Shown here piece after piece: positions 1-10,379 of a DNA stretch of 64,000 nt. Where the stretch lies: the NCBI GenBank assembly GCA_023251875.1, contig JAHEXY010000005.1:251008-315007 (forward strand), given 5' to 3'. The notes beneath the pieces were generated by a model. That model worked only from the letters and a program-made list of their open reading frames with translations. It searched no databases and had not been told where the DNA came from. The translations under genes and the position numbers were made by a program. This DNA is from Bacteroidota bacterium. GTDB lineage: Bacteria; Bacteroidota; Bacteroidia; JAHEXY01. The first letter of the stretch is position 1. Each line of letters starts with the position of its first letter.

Positions 1-1
1 A

Positions 2-997
2 GATAAAGGTGCTGCAAAAAATAAATTGCTTTTAGGAATTCCTTATTACGGTTACCAATGGAAAACAATGAGCAGTAGTGTTCCTTCAAGTGCTCTTGCC
101 AGTGGCAGCGCAAAATATTACAATACAGTTAAAACAAATTATTGGGGAACCTATACACATCAAACGGATGCCGAAAGCAATGCTTCATACTATACTTTTC
201 AATCAAGTGGTTCGTGGTATCAGTGTTGGGCCGATGATGAGCTGAGTTTAGCTAGAATCTATGATATGGTAAAACAAAAGAACATTGCTGGAATTGGTAT
301 TTGGGCATTAGGCTATGACGATGGCTATACTGAATTATGGGATTTATTAAAAGATAAATTTTCTTCTTGCGCAACAACTGCATGCAGTGATACTATTTAT
401 GATACAGGTGGGCCTTATGGAGATTATTACAACGATGAAGATTATGTTTTTACTATTGCTCCGGATAGTGCATCTTCTGTAACACTTAAAATTTTCTCGT
501 TTGATTTAGAAACGGGTTACGATTATTTAAATATATACGATGGAGCCGATACCAATGCTGCATTACTGGGTAAATACACAGGAGTAATTTCTAAAGGAAG
601 TATTACTTCTACAACAGGGCCTATTACCCTACGTTTTATTTCTGATGGAGCTACTACTTCTAGTGGATGGAAATTGGTATATAATTGTAATAAAACCATT
701 ACTACAAATATGGCAGATATAATTCAAGATAAGAAGATTCAATTAAGCATTGCTCCAAATCCATGTAATACTATTACTGAATTAAAATTAACATCAAACA
801 TATATGATAAAAATTGTTCCATTGATTTATTTGACTGTATGGGACAATCAATTTCTAATTTATACAATGGAGATATAGTAAGGGGAACAAAAACATTTAC
901 TGTAGATAAAAACAACCTGCATTTAATAAATGGAATTTATTTTGTAAGATATACTTCCAACGAAACTTTATTATTGAAACGACTTATTGTGAATTAG
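2..997 (+). CDS. GH18 (chitinase-like) C-terminal part + CUB domain + T9SS type A CTD; 5'-partial
   Basis: Frame is open from base 2. GH18 motifs LLGIPYYG and GIGIWALGYD, CUB motif FDLETGYDYLNIYDG...RFISDG, and CTD motif APNP...GIYFVR. Confidence 0.8.
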   Translation, partial: DKGAAKNKLLLGIPYYGYQWKTMSSSVPSSALASGSAKYYNTVKTNYWGTYTHQTDAESNASYYTFQSSGSWYQCWADDELSLARIYDMVKQKNIAGIGIWALGYDDGYTELWDLLKDKFSSCATTACSDTIYDTGGPYGDYYNDEDYVFTIAPDSASSVTLKIFSFDLETGYDYLNIYDGADTNAALLGKYTGVISKGSITSTTGPITLRFISDGATTSSGWKLVYNCNKTITTNMADIIQDKKIQLSIAPNPCNTITELKLTSNIYDKNCSIDLFDCMGQSISNLYNGDIVRGTKTFTVDKNNLHLINGIYFVRYTSNETLLLKRLIVN

Positions 998-1059
998 GAA
1001 TTAAAATGCTAATTATTTGATTAGCCATACACTCATTTAAAATTAACGTTACTGGTTTT

Positions 1060-2397
1060 TTATAATTGTTTAAGAATAGCATCCTCAATTTCCTTGCTAT
1101 TCCATTTTTCATTTATATTATCGATCTGCAAAATCTCATTCATAATTTTATCCTGCTTCTTACCTTCTGCTAGAGCTAATGAGTAGGGAAGATCAGAAAA
1201 TGTAACCATGCTATACAAGGGAATCCATTTATGAGGATGTTTCTCATGAAAAGTTTTCTCAATTTTTTTTCGAAGTAAGAATTGTGGATCAGCAACCAAG
1301 TCTCTCATTTCAATAAAATTAGCAAGTGCTAAATCTGCAATGGCATCTGAATTGGGTTTACGCAGTTGTTGAAATTCATTGCAAATGTTTTTCCAATTAT
1401 CACCGTGATTGTCAAGAAGGGTATTTAAAACGGTACAATCTTCAAAACCACAATTCATACCTTGGCCAAAAAATGGAACGATGGCATGTGCAGCATCTCC
1501 AATTAATAGGGTTTTATCTTCAAAATTCCATGGTTGGCATTTTACAGTTACCAATGAAGATGTTGGGTTATGAAAAAAGTCATGCGCCAAAGTGGGCATT
1601 AATGGAACTACATCAGGAAAATTTTTGTTGAAAAAATCAACTAATTGCTTTTCGGTTTTTAAATTGGCAAAAGATGTTTCTCCATCGAAAGGGAAAAACA
1701 AGGTGCAAGTAAAACTTCCATCCATATTAGGCAATGCAATAAGCATAAAGGATTCTCTTGGCCAAATATGCAAGGCATTTTTTTCTAAAGCCCAATCTCC
1801 ATTGGTTTTGGCAGGGATAAGTAATTCTTTATAACCATGCTCAATATAATGTTGAGAATAATTAAATAGATCTGTTTTCATTTGCATGGATAAGCGAAGA
1901 GCAGAAAAAGCGCCATCAGATCCTATTACTAAATCAGATTCTATTTTTGATGTTTTATGAGTTTCAAAATTTTCAAATGAAGTACTGGCATTTTTTAAAT
2001 CAACATCAATACATCTCTCATTAAAAAGAAATCGTACGTTTTCATTTTGTTCTGCCAAACTCATTAATCGGCAATTAAGTTCTCCTCTTGAAACAGAATA
2101 AATAGCTTGATCGTCTTTTCCGTAAGGCAAGAAATTTAATTTACCTTCTATATCATGTACCATACGGCCTCGCATGGGAATCGCAATTTTTTTTATGTCT
2201 TCGGCAATGCCTGCAATTTGCAATGCTTTCCAACCCCGATCAGAGAGAGCAAGATTGATTGATTTACCGGCAGATATAGTTGCTTTACGCATGTCGGGCC
2301 TACGTTCATAAACGTTTACTTTGTTTCCTCGCTTGGCTAATAAAATGGCGAGTAAAGAACCTACAAGTCCGGCTCCAATGATTGTAATTTTTTTCAT
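1060..2397 (-). CDS. kmo: Kynurenine 3-monooxygenase (FAD-dependent)
   Basis: GAGLVG Rossmann motif; SINLALSDRG, ALHIWPR and GDAAHAIVPFFGQGMNCGFED. Confidence 0.93.
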   Translation of the reverse strand: MKKITIIGAGLVGSLLAILLAKRGNKVNVYERRPDMRKATISAGKSINLALSDRGWKALQIAGIAEDIKKIAIPMRGRMVHDIEGKLNFLPYGKDDQAIYSVSRGELNCRLMSLAEQNENVRFLFNERCIDVDLKNASTSFENFETHKTSKIESDLVIGSDGAFSALRLSMQMKTDLFNYSQHYIEHGYKELLIPAKTNGDWALEKNALHIWPRESFMLIALPNMDGSFTCTLFFPFDGETSFANLKTEKQLVDFFNKNFPDVVPLMPTLAHDFFHNPTSSLVTVKCQPWNFEDKTLLIGDAAHAIVPFFGQGMNCGFEDCTVLNTLLDNHGDNWKNICNEFQQLRKPNSDAIADLALANFIEMRDLVADPQFLLRKKIEKTFHEKHPHKWIPLYSMVTFSDLPYSLALAEGKKQDKIMNEILQIDNINEKWNSKEIEDAILKQL

Positions 2398-2418
2398 TAA
2401 ATAATTTGTATTGATGTT

Positions 2419-4521
2419 TTATCTCAGCAAAGTTACGCGTCCAATTTTATTTTCGGTATGCTCAAAGTCATTTTCTATAAGTGAATAAGAAATTTTATAT
2501 ACATAAACACCCATCATCAGTTCTTGTGAATTCAATTTTCCATCCCAAGCATCATTTAAAGAAGTAGAAGAGAAAATGCTTTGTCCCCAACGATCAAATA
2601 TTTCCATACTGAAATTTTCTACCCCAATGCCTTTAGGAATAAAAAAATCATTTTTACCATCACTATTGGGAGAAAATGTATTGGGAATATAAAAATAACT
2701 ATCACAATCTTGCATGCCTATTGTAATGCTATCGGCATCATTTCCACATCCGGAAATAGAAGTTGCCATTAGCCAATAAGTACCGCTATCTGAAACAGTA
2801 ATTTGGCTAGATGTTTCTCCTGTTGACCATAAATAATTTACATCAGCATTGGCAATCCCAATAAGAATAATTGTTTTGCTCGAACAAATAATTGTGTCTT
2901 TACCCAACACAATAGAAGGGGAAATAGTTTTGCTTATATTAATAGTATCTGAAGCAAAGCAATTCCAATTGGATACTTCTACCCAATAAGTGCTACTGTC
3001 TATAATCGTAATTTGATTAGTTGTGTTGCCGGTTGACCAATTGTAATTTGTTCCATCAGAACCTGCATCAAGTAAAATGGTTGATCCTGTACAAAGAATA
3101 GTATCATTGCCTAGACTAACTGATGGCGTGTTTGCGATATAAACATTTTTTGAGAGTGTATCTTTTTCGCAAGTATTCTGATAGATGATTTGAATTAAGG
3201 CATTGTTATTAGAACTCTGCGCTTGCAATACAATAGAATCACTATTTTGACTCGATAATAAAGAGAAGTTGTTTGAAAAACTCCAGATATAAGAAGTTGT
3301 TGCGCTATCAGCAGAAATAAAAAATTGAACTTGATCTCCTTCGCACAAACTATCTAAGCCATTTAATTGGGCTGTTGGGTATGAAATAAGTGATGTTGAA
3401 AAATCATAATGTGTTAGGCAGTTTCCATCAAAAATTTCAACCCAATAAGATCCCGCTGTGTCAATTTGATTAGATGATGCAGATGAATTATCATACCAAG
3501 TGTAGGAAATACCCAATGAAGAAACATCAATGGAAACAGAACTTCCATTACAAAAAGATGTGTCATTTAAATTACTATAAAATAATGTGTCAACTGTAAT
3601 GCTTTTTAAAAGTGTATCCGGAACACAACCTCTATTAATAACCAATTGAATTTGATACATTCCAATTGAATCTGCTTTAATGCTTGCAGAATAAGTATTT
3701 TGCCCTGATGTTAAGCTTAGTCCACTGGGAATAATCCACTCATACGAAATAATATCATTGTCTTGAGGCCCGGTATAGGTAGCAGATCCTTTGTAGCAAA
3801 TGGAACTATCACCAACAATAGAATCATCAATAGAATTTAGGGGAACTACACTTACATCATCTATATAATAATAAGAATTGAGCTGGCTTAATGATCCTTG
3901 TGGGGGTAATAAAAATGTGGTTGAATCTTTACTCAAGGGATTACCAATAATAAAATAGGCATAAGCTGAATCTGCTGTAAAGGTTCCTTTTACTTGAACC
4001 CAATTAGCCGTATCGCATATCATAACTGTATCAAGAATATGGTATTTGCCTATATAGGAAAGGCTTTTTATTTTATAATTAACATCGGTAGTAAAATATA
4101 CCCCAAAATTATTGGAGCAATTATCATAATCTTCTGCTTGGTTTACATAAAAACTTACTTCATATTCTGTTCCAGAATCTAGTGGACAAATTAAACTACC
4201 TCTTATGTATTCGCGTCCTTCTAATGAAGGCAAATAATTATCTTTAAAAATACCTGCATAAGCTACTCCTGTACGCGCCTGCTGATAGCCAATAGTATTT
4301 TTAGGTACACCAGCCCCTCCTGTATTGCAAACGTTAAAATAATCAGGTGATTCCTCCATGTCTTTCCAACCTGTTGCATAAGACATGTACTGTTGTATTG
4401 CCGACATCCCGGGTGGGCATAAGGTATATTGTTCAAAACTTGGGTTGATAACAAGGTTTTGAGCGCTTATTGATAAGCTAAACAAGATGAAAATAAGTAA
4501 ATAAGGTATACAGTTTTTCAT
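2419..4521 (-). CDS. Secreted Ig/PKD-like repeat protein with T9SS type B (gliding motility-associated) CTD
   Basis: Signal peptide; QNLVINPSFE N-domain; WSTG repeats; C-terminal IPNTFSPNSDGKND...IFDRWG...WDG. Confidence 0.85.
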   Translation of the reverse strand: MKNCIPYLLIFILFSLSISAQNLVINPSFEQYTLCPPGMSAIQQYMSYATGWKDMEESPDYFNVCNTGGAGVPKNTIGYQQARTGVAYAGIFKDNYLPSLEGREYIRGSLICPLDSGTEYEVSFYVNQAEDYDNCSNNFGVYFTTDVNYKIKSLSYIGKYHILDTVMICDTANWVQVKGTFTADSAYAYFIIGNPLSKDSTTFLLPPQGSLSQLNSYYYIDDVSVVPLNSIDDSIVGDSSICYKGSATYTGPQDNDIISYEWIIPSGLSLTSGQNTYSASIKADSIGMYQIQLVINRGCVPDTLLKSITVDTLFYSNLNDTSFCNGSSVSIDVSSLGISYTWYDNSSASSNQIDTAGSYWVEIFDGNCLTHYDFSTSLISYPTAQLNGLDSLCEGDQVQFFISADSATTSYIWSFSNNFSLLSSQNSDSIVLQAQSSNNNALIQIIYQNTCEKDTLSKNVYIANTPSVSLGNDTILCTGSTILLDAGSDGTNYNWSTGNTTNQITIIDSSTYWVEVSNWNCFASDTINISKTISPSIVLGKDTIICSSKTIILIGIANADVNYLWSTGETSSQITVSDSGTYWLMATSISGCGNDADSITIGMQDCDSYFYIPNTFSPNSDGKNDFFIPKGIGVENFSMEIFDRWGQSIFSSTSLNDAWDGKLNSQELMMGVYVYKISYSLIENDFEHTENKIGRVTLLR

Positions 4522-4776
4522 ATTCAGCTTAAAAGATAGCTTATTTTAGCTTTTTTGAAAAGAACAAATTTTGGTGATTATAAGAAAATCGCGTGATTTT
4601 ATTTATTTTTTGTTACTTGTATCAATGCCATTATGGAAATACTTTTAAAACTCAAACCAGATTGAGCATATAGTGTATTCCCCCTATTAATTGATTGCCC
4701 CTAAATGAAGGGGATTTGTTGTTCCCAATTTTTGGGTATAATGATTGGTAGGTTTATTATATAAAATATAAAAATT

Positions 4777-6357
4777 ATGAACAAACTAGTACTTGTATTA
4801 TTGCTATTGGCAATGATAAAAATTGATGCCAAGGCCCAAGCAGGAGATGTTTCTTCTTTTCAGAAAATTTCTTCTAGCCAGGGTAATTTAAATGTAACCT
4901 TAGATACAGATGATGAATTTGGTTTTTCTGTAGCTACCATTGGAGATGTAAATGGAGATGGTATTACCGATGTAGCTGTAGGTTCATTAAAATTTGAAGA
5001 TTCAACGCAAGGTTCTTATCAAACAATTGGAGCTGTTTATATTTTATTTCTTGATGCTAATGGAAAAGTAAAATCAAGTCAAATTATTTCGGAAAATATG
5101 GGTGGCTTTAGTGCTATTTTGCATAATACAGATCGATTTGGTACTTCAGTAGAAGGTATTGGAGATATGAATAATGATGGTATTCCGGATATTGCTGTGG
5201 GGCAAGTAGGTTTATATGGAGAAGGTTATGTATGGATTATTTTCTTGAAAATAGATGGTACGGTGAAAAGCTATCAACAAATTGGCTATGGTAATTTAGG
5301 TGGTTTTACGGGATCAATTACAAGTAAATGTTTTTTTGGATGGTCAATAGCCAATATTGGAGATATTAACAATGATGGTGTTATTGATTTAGCTGTTGGT
5401 GAATATGGAGATGATGATGGTTATACCGATGCAGGTGCATTTTGGATCTTGAAAATGAATGCAAATGGAACAGTAAAAGCCAATCAAAAAATTAGTGCAA
5501 CCTCAGGAAATTTTAAAGCTACAATAACTAATTTCTCCTATATGGGTTATGCAATTGAAGCCTTGCCTGATATCAATAAAGATGGTATATCTGAATTAAT
5601 TGTTGGGGAAGTATTGGGAGGCATGTCGTCTTTATCAAATGGAGGAGAAATCTTTCTTGTATCGATAGATTCATCTGGATTGGTTACATCTGCAAAAGAT
5701 ATTTATGGATATAAAAACCAGCTGGGTACCGAAATAAAAATAGGAGACTTGTTTGGCTGCTCTATTGCATCTTTGGGCGATGTAAATTTTGATGGAATAA
5801 ATGACATAGCTGTGGGTGCTTATGCCAGTGATGAAATTCCAAATTCGAGTGGTTCTGTTTTAATATTGTTTCTTGATTCTTTAGCAAATGTGAGCAGTGT
5901 GCAGGAAATAAGTGGAACACAAGGTAACATGAGCGGATTGCATGAAGGAGATTATTTTGGTATTTCACTCTCTCCTCTAGGAGATTTTAATGGAGATGGA
6001 ACTCCTGATCTTTTTATAGGAGCCAGTGGCGATGATGATGGAAACTTATATGCAGGTGCAGTATACAGTTGTTATTTATCCGATGGTATTCATACAGGCA
6101 TAAAGGAATTGAATCAAGAAGATAATATACTATTGTATCCCAATCCTACTAATGGTATTGTATATTTGACTAATTTAAAATCGAAAAATGCAGTAGCAGA
6201 TGTATATTCTATTACCGGTGAAAGTATTTTGTCTGATATTCATCTTTATAATAATGCAAGTATTAATTTAACCAACGAACCAGATGGTATATATATTATT
6301 AAAATTAAAACAGAAGAAGGTAACTTCTTCAAAAAAGCGCAGGTAGTAAGTCATTAA
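4777..6357 (+). CDS. FG-GAP (integrin-alpha beta-propeller) repeat protein with T9SS type A CTD
   Basis: Repeated FGxS...GDxNxDGxxDxAVG motifs; LYPNPTNG...GIYIIK CTD. Confidence 0.88.
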   Translation: MNKLVLVLLLLAMIKIDAKAQAGDVSSFQKISSSQGNLNVTLDTDDEFGFSVATIGDVNGDGITDVAVGSLKFEDSTQGSYQTIGAVYILFLDANGKVKSSQIISENMGGFSAILHNTDRFGTSVEGIGDMNNDGIPDIAVGQVGLYGEGYVWIIFLKIDGTVKSYQQIGYGNLGGFTGSITSKCFFGWSIANIGDINNDGVIDLAVGEYGDDDGYTDAGAFWILKMNANGTVKANQKISATSGNFKATITNFSYMGYAIEALPDINKDGISELIVGEVLGGMSSLSNGGEIFLVSIDSSGLVTSAKDIYGYKNQLGTEIKIGDLFGCSIASLGDVNFDGINDIAVGAYASDEIPNSSGSVLILFLDSLANVSSVQEISGTQGNMSGLHEGDYFGISLSPLGDFNGDGTPDLFIGASGDDDGNLYAGAVYSCYLSDGIHTGIKELNQEDNILLYPNPTNGIVYLTNLKSKNAVADVYSITGESILSDIHLYNNASINLTNEPDGIYIIKIKTEEGNFFKKAQVVSH

Positions 6358-6395
6358 TTAAATGCTTAATTTGGTGGGAGAATTATTATGCTCTC

Positions 6396-7373
6396 ATGCT
6401 AACGATAGACCAAATAAAAAAACCTGTAGAAAAGGAAATGCATGTATTTGAAGATAAATTTAAATCTTCAATGAAAAGTAGCGTTCCTTTATTGGATAAA
6501 ATAACCCATTACATAATAAAAAGAAAAGGCAAACAACTTCGTCCTCTTTTTATTTTTTTATCTGCCAAAGCCTGTGGCGAAATTTCTGAAGCCACTTATA
6601 CTGCCGCATCTCTTATTGAATTATTACATACTGCTACATTGGTGCATGATGATGTGGTGGATGAAGCCTATGAACGCAGAGGTTTTTTTTCTATTAATTA
6701 TTTATGGAAAAATAAAATTGCAGTATTGGTAGGAGATTATCTGCTCTCAAGAGGTTTACTGCTATCTGTAGATAATAATCAATTTGAATTACTGAAAATT
6801 GTTTCTACAGCAGTTCGTGAAATGAGTGAAGGGGAGTTGTTGCAAATTGAAAAAGCGAGAAGACTAGATATAGACGAGAAAATTTATTTTGATATTATCC
6901 GGCAAAAAACAGCTTCACTTATTGCGGCTTGTTGTGCGTCAGGTGCTGCTTCATCAGTAAAAGATGAAAACAAGATTGCCCTTATGCGCATTTTTGGAGA
7001 AAAAACCGGAATTGCTTTTCAAATTAAAGACGATCTTTTTGATTATGAAAATGATCATTCCATTATTGGAAAACCTACAGGCATTGATATCAAAGAGCGT
7101 AAAATGACACTTCCCTTAATTTATGCACTTAACAATACATCCTACTTGCAAAAAAGAAAAATTATAAATATTGTAAAGAATCACAATACCGAAGAAAAAA
7201 AAGTAGCTGAGGTTTTAAGTTTTGTTCATGCAAGTGGAGGTATAGAATATGCCAAACAAAAAATGGAAGAATATAGGATAGAAGCTCTAACTCTTTTGCA
7301 TCAAATTCCGGATTCTCCTTCTCGCACTTCATTAGAGCAATTGGTTTGGTTTACGATTAATAGGAAAAATTAA
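6396..7373 (+). CDS. Polyprenyl diphosphate synthase (IspB-like)
   Basis: GKQLRP, LVHDDVVD (FARM), QKTASL and FQIKDD (SARM). Confidence 0.92.
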   Translation: MLTIDQIKKPVEKEMHVFEDKFKSSMKSSVPLLDKITHYIIKRKGKQLRPLFIFLSAKACGEISEATYTAASLIELLHTATLVHDDVVDEAYERRGFFSINYLWKNKIAVLVGDYLLSRGLLLSVDNNQFELLKIVSTAVREMSEGELLQIEKARRLDIDEKIYFDIIRQKTASLIAACCASGAASSVKDENKIALMRIFGEKTGIAFQIKDDLFDYENDHSIIGKPTGIDIKERKMTLPLIYALNNTSYLQKRKIINIVKNHNTEEKKVAEVLSFVHASGGIEYAKQKMEEYRIEALTLLHQIPDSPSRTSLEQLVWFTINRKN

Positions 7374-7384
7374 TACTTATTTAC

Positions 7385-8074
7385 ATGAAAACTCTTGGAC
7401 TTATTGGCGGTATTAGTTGGATTTCAACAGCAGATTATTACAAATTCATCAATGAAGGAATCAATGAGAAATTAGGCGGACTCAATTTCTCAAAATGCAT
7501 CATTTATTCCTTTAATTATGCCGATATAAAAAAGAACAACGATAACAATGATTGGGAATCAACATTTAAAATGCTTTCTGAGGCCTGTGAACATTTAAAG
7601 CAAAGTGGCGCAGAAGCAATTATTCTATGCGCTAACACTATGCATTTACTTGCCGATAGAATTCAACAAAAAATTAATTTACCTGTTATTCATATTGCTA
7701 TTGAAACTGCAAAAGAAATAAAGAAAAGTAATTTAGCTAAGGTTGCCTTGTTGGGTACAAAATTTACAATGGAACTTGATTTTTTTAAAATAAAACTTGC
7801 TGAACAAAATATAGAAACTTTAATACCCGAAGCCGAAGACAGGGAATTTATTCATTCTACAATTGCTTATGAATTAGGAAAGGGAATCATTAACCAAGAA
7901 ACAAAAAAACGCTATTGTGCCATTATAAAAAAGTTGGCGGATAAGGGTGCTGAAGGAGTTATTTTGGGATGTACAGAAATACCTTTGTTAATTCAACAAG
8001 AAGATGTGTCTGTACCCATATTCAACACAACATTAATTCATTCTGCTGCTGCAGTTCAATTTGCTTTAGCATAA
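7385..8074 (+). CDS. Aspartate/glutamate racemase family protein
   Basis: GLIGGISWIST, CANTMH and GCTEIPL two-Cys motifs. Confidence 0.92.
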   Translation: MKTLGLIGGISWISTADYYKFINEGINEKLGGLNFSKCIIYSFNYADIKKNNDNNDWESTFKMLSEACEHLKQSGAEAIILCANTMHLLADRIQQKINLPVIHIAIETAKEIKKSNLAKVALLGTKFTMELDFFKIKLAEQNIETLIPEAEDREFIHSTIAYELGKGIINQETKKRYCAIIKKLADKGAEGVILGCTEIPLLIQQEDVSVPIFNTTLIHSAAAVQFALA

Positions 8075-8108
8075 TAAAGAGAGAAATGTAATTTTTGAAA
8101 GAGATTCT

Positions 8109-8456
8109 TTATTTTATCACAACAGTTTCTTCTGAAGTTTCACCCAAGGTTAATCTTATAATTCCACTTCCTGAAAGAGTATCATTATAAGCATCAATGA
8201 ATAGAATGGCTTCTAAATCAAAAGTAAAAGTGGCTTCTCCATTCGCATCTGTTATCTGTGTTTCGTCAATAGTACCAGCTGATCCATTTGAACTGGTATC
8301 AGTATAGTATAATCTTACCGTAGCGCCCGACATCTTATTACTTAATTCATCAGTAACAGTAATTACAGCGGTACATTCTTTTTTCTTTTTGCAAGATGAA
8401 AGAATTAGTCCTGATGTTATTAAAAAGGCTAGTATTAAATTAAGGTATAGCTTCAT
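8109..8456 (-). CDS. Small lipoprotein with a transthyretin-like / carboxypeptidase regulatory-like beta domain
   Basis: Lipobox LSSC; GATVRLY...TDANGEATF pattern. Confidence 0.65.
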   Translation of the reverse strand: MKLYLNLILAFLITSGLILSSCKKKKECTAVITVTDELSNKMSGATVRLYYTDTSSNGSAGTIDETQITDANGEATFTFDLEAILFIDAYNDTLSGSGIIRLTLGETSEETVVIK

Positions 8457-8552
8457 TTTTAGCTTATTATTTACTATAATTGCTACCCATTATAAAAATG
8501 GCTTACAATATGTAATTGCTAAAGATAGTGAATAAATAAAAATTTAAAAAAC

Positions 8553-9224
8553 ATGAGAAAGATAATTTTTACAGTTGCTGCACTTAGTTTGCTTACAATT
8601 CTTCTTTCATTAACATTTAAAAAGAAAGAAAAAGAAACATTAGTGCTTATAAAAACCAGCTATGGAAACATAAAAATTAAGCTTTACAATGAAACGCCCA
8701 AACACAGAGATAATTTTATAAAACTAGTTCAGGAAAGTTATTACAATGGAACGCTTTTTCATCGTGTTATTAATGGATTCATGATTCAAGGCGGTGATCC
8801 TGATTCGAAAACAGCTAAACCAGGACAAATGCTGGGTAATGGGGGCCCCGGATATACCGTTCCTGCAGAATTTGATACAACATTGTACCATAAAAAAGGA
8901 GCATTGGCAGCGGCTCGTTTGGGCGATAACATGAACCCTCAAAAAGAATCTTCGGGTAGTCAATTTTACATTGTACAAGGAAAAACATATAAAAATGAAG
9001 ACTTAGATATGCTTGAAAAACGAATGAAAATTCATTTTTCGGCAGCACAAAGAAAAATGTATACTACTGTTGGTGGTACACCCATGCTCGATCAAAATTA
9101 TACTGTATTTGGAGAAGTTATTGAAGGTCTTGATGTGATTGATAAAATTGCAGCAGTTAAAACAGCTCCTGGAGATAGACCACTTGAAGATATAAAAATG
9201 GAAATTACAATTGTTAAAAAGTAA
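8553..9224 (+). CDS. Cyclophilin-type peptidyl-prolyl isomerase, exported
   Basis: FHRVINGFMIQGGDP, SGSQFYI and YTVFGEV. Confidence 0.95.
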   Translation: MRKIIFTVAALSLLTILLSLTFKKKEKETLVLIKTSYGNIKIKLYNETPKHRDNFIKLVQESYYNGTLFHRVINGFMIQGGDPDSKTAKPGQMLGNGGPGYTVPAEFDTTLYHKKGALAAARLGDNMNPQKESSGSQFYIVQGKTYKNEDLDMLEKRMKIHFSAAQRKMYTTVGGTPMLDQNYTVFGEVIEGLDVIDKIAAVKTAPGDRPLEDIKMEITIVKK

Positions 9225-9318
9225 AAACGAAAAACGCTGGTTTCTCTGATTATGAGATCATCGTAGATTTTTTCTGCGATCATCATAAAAATCGGCCTTA
9301 TCTGCGTTCTATTTTCTT

Positions 9319-10338
9319 ATGCAAACAAAAATTGATGAATATAAAAAGGAAGTAGATTTATTTGAGCCATCAAATAAAGAAGCATTAGAACAATTCCGAA
9401 TACGTTTTTTAGGAAAAAAGGGAATTCTCACCGATTTATTTGCCGACTTTAAAAATGTAGCACCTGATCAAAAGAGGTTGATGGGTCAACTTATTAATGA
9501 GTTAAAAAATAAAGCTGAGCAAAAATTAGAAACGTATAAAGAAAGTTTTGAAAGTTTAGTTGTAGTTGGTAATACATTTGATTTATCTCGTCCGGCTGAG
9601 CCTATTAAATTAGGAACAAGGCATCCATTGTCGGTAGTACGTAACGAAATTATTAGCATATTTTCTCGATTGGGTTTTACTGTTTCCGATGGGCCTGAAA
9701 TTGAAGATGACTGGCATAATTTTTCTGCATTAAATTTTCCGCAAGAACATCCTGCAAGAGATATGCAGGATACCTTTTTTATCAATAAAAATCCGGATAT
9801 AGCATTGCGTACTCACACATCATCTGTGCAGGTACGCGTAATGGAAAATAGCAAACCTCCTATTTGTACCATTTCTCCCGGAAGGGTATTTAGAAATGAA
9901 GCTATTTCTGCTCGTGCGCATTGTCTTTTTCATCAAATAGAGGGTTTGTATGTTGATAAAGATGTTTCCTTTATTGATCTCAAACAAACGCTCCTTTATT
10001 TTGCAAAAGAAATGTTTGGAGAAAAAACCAAGATTCGTTTGAGACCTTCCTATTTTCCCTTTACCGAACCATCTGCCGAAATGGATATTTCATGCAATAT
10101 ATGCGGAGGCAAAGGTTGTAATATTTGTAAATATTCAGGTTGGGTTGAAATTTTGGGATGCGGTATGGTCGATCCCAATGTATTTACCAATTGTGGTATT
10201 GACAGTAACGTTTATACCGGTTTTGCTTTTGGAATGGGAATAGAACGTATTACCATGCTCAAATATGAAATAAACGACCTCAGATTGTTTTTCGAAAATG
10301 ATATTCGGTTTCTAAAGCAGTTTTCTTCGGCTGTGTGA
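9319..10338 (+). CDS. pheS: Phenylalanine-tRNA ligase alpha subunit
   Basis: HPARDMQDTF, LRTHTSSVQ, YFPFTEPSAE and GFAFGMGIER. Confidence 0.98.
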   Translation: MQTKIDEYKKEVDLFEPSNKEALEQFRIRFLGKKGILTDLFADFKNVAPDQKRLMGQLINELKNKAEQKLETYKESFESLVVVGNTFDLSRPAEPIKLGTRHPLSVVRNEIISIFSRLGFTVSDGPEIEDDWHNFSALNFPQEHPARDMQDTFFINKNPDIALRTHTSSVQVRVMENSKPPICTISPGRVFRNEAISARAHCLFHQIEGLYVDKDVSFIDLKQTLLYFAKEMFGEKTKIRLRPSYFPFTEPSAEMDISCNICGGKGCNICKYSGWVEILGCGMVDPNVFTNCGIDSNVYTGFAFGMGIERITMLKYEINDLRLFFENDIRFLKQFSSAV

Positions 10339-10379
10339 AAGTGTAAAATCTGTTTTGATTAAAAACTCATTTAAAAGTT

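Noticed and set aside
9225-9318. pheS attenuator or leader peptide
   Set aside because: No Phe-rich leader ORF is evident; it looks like a degenerate palindromic repeat.
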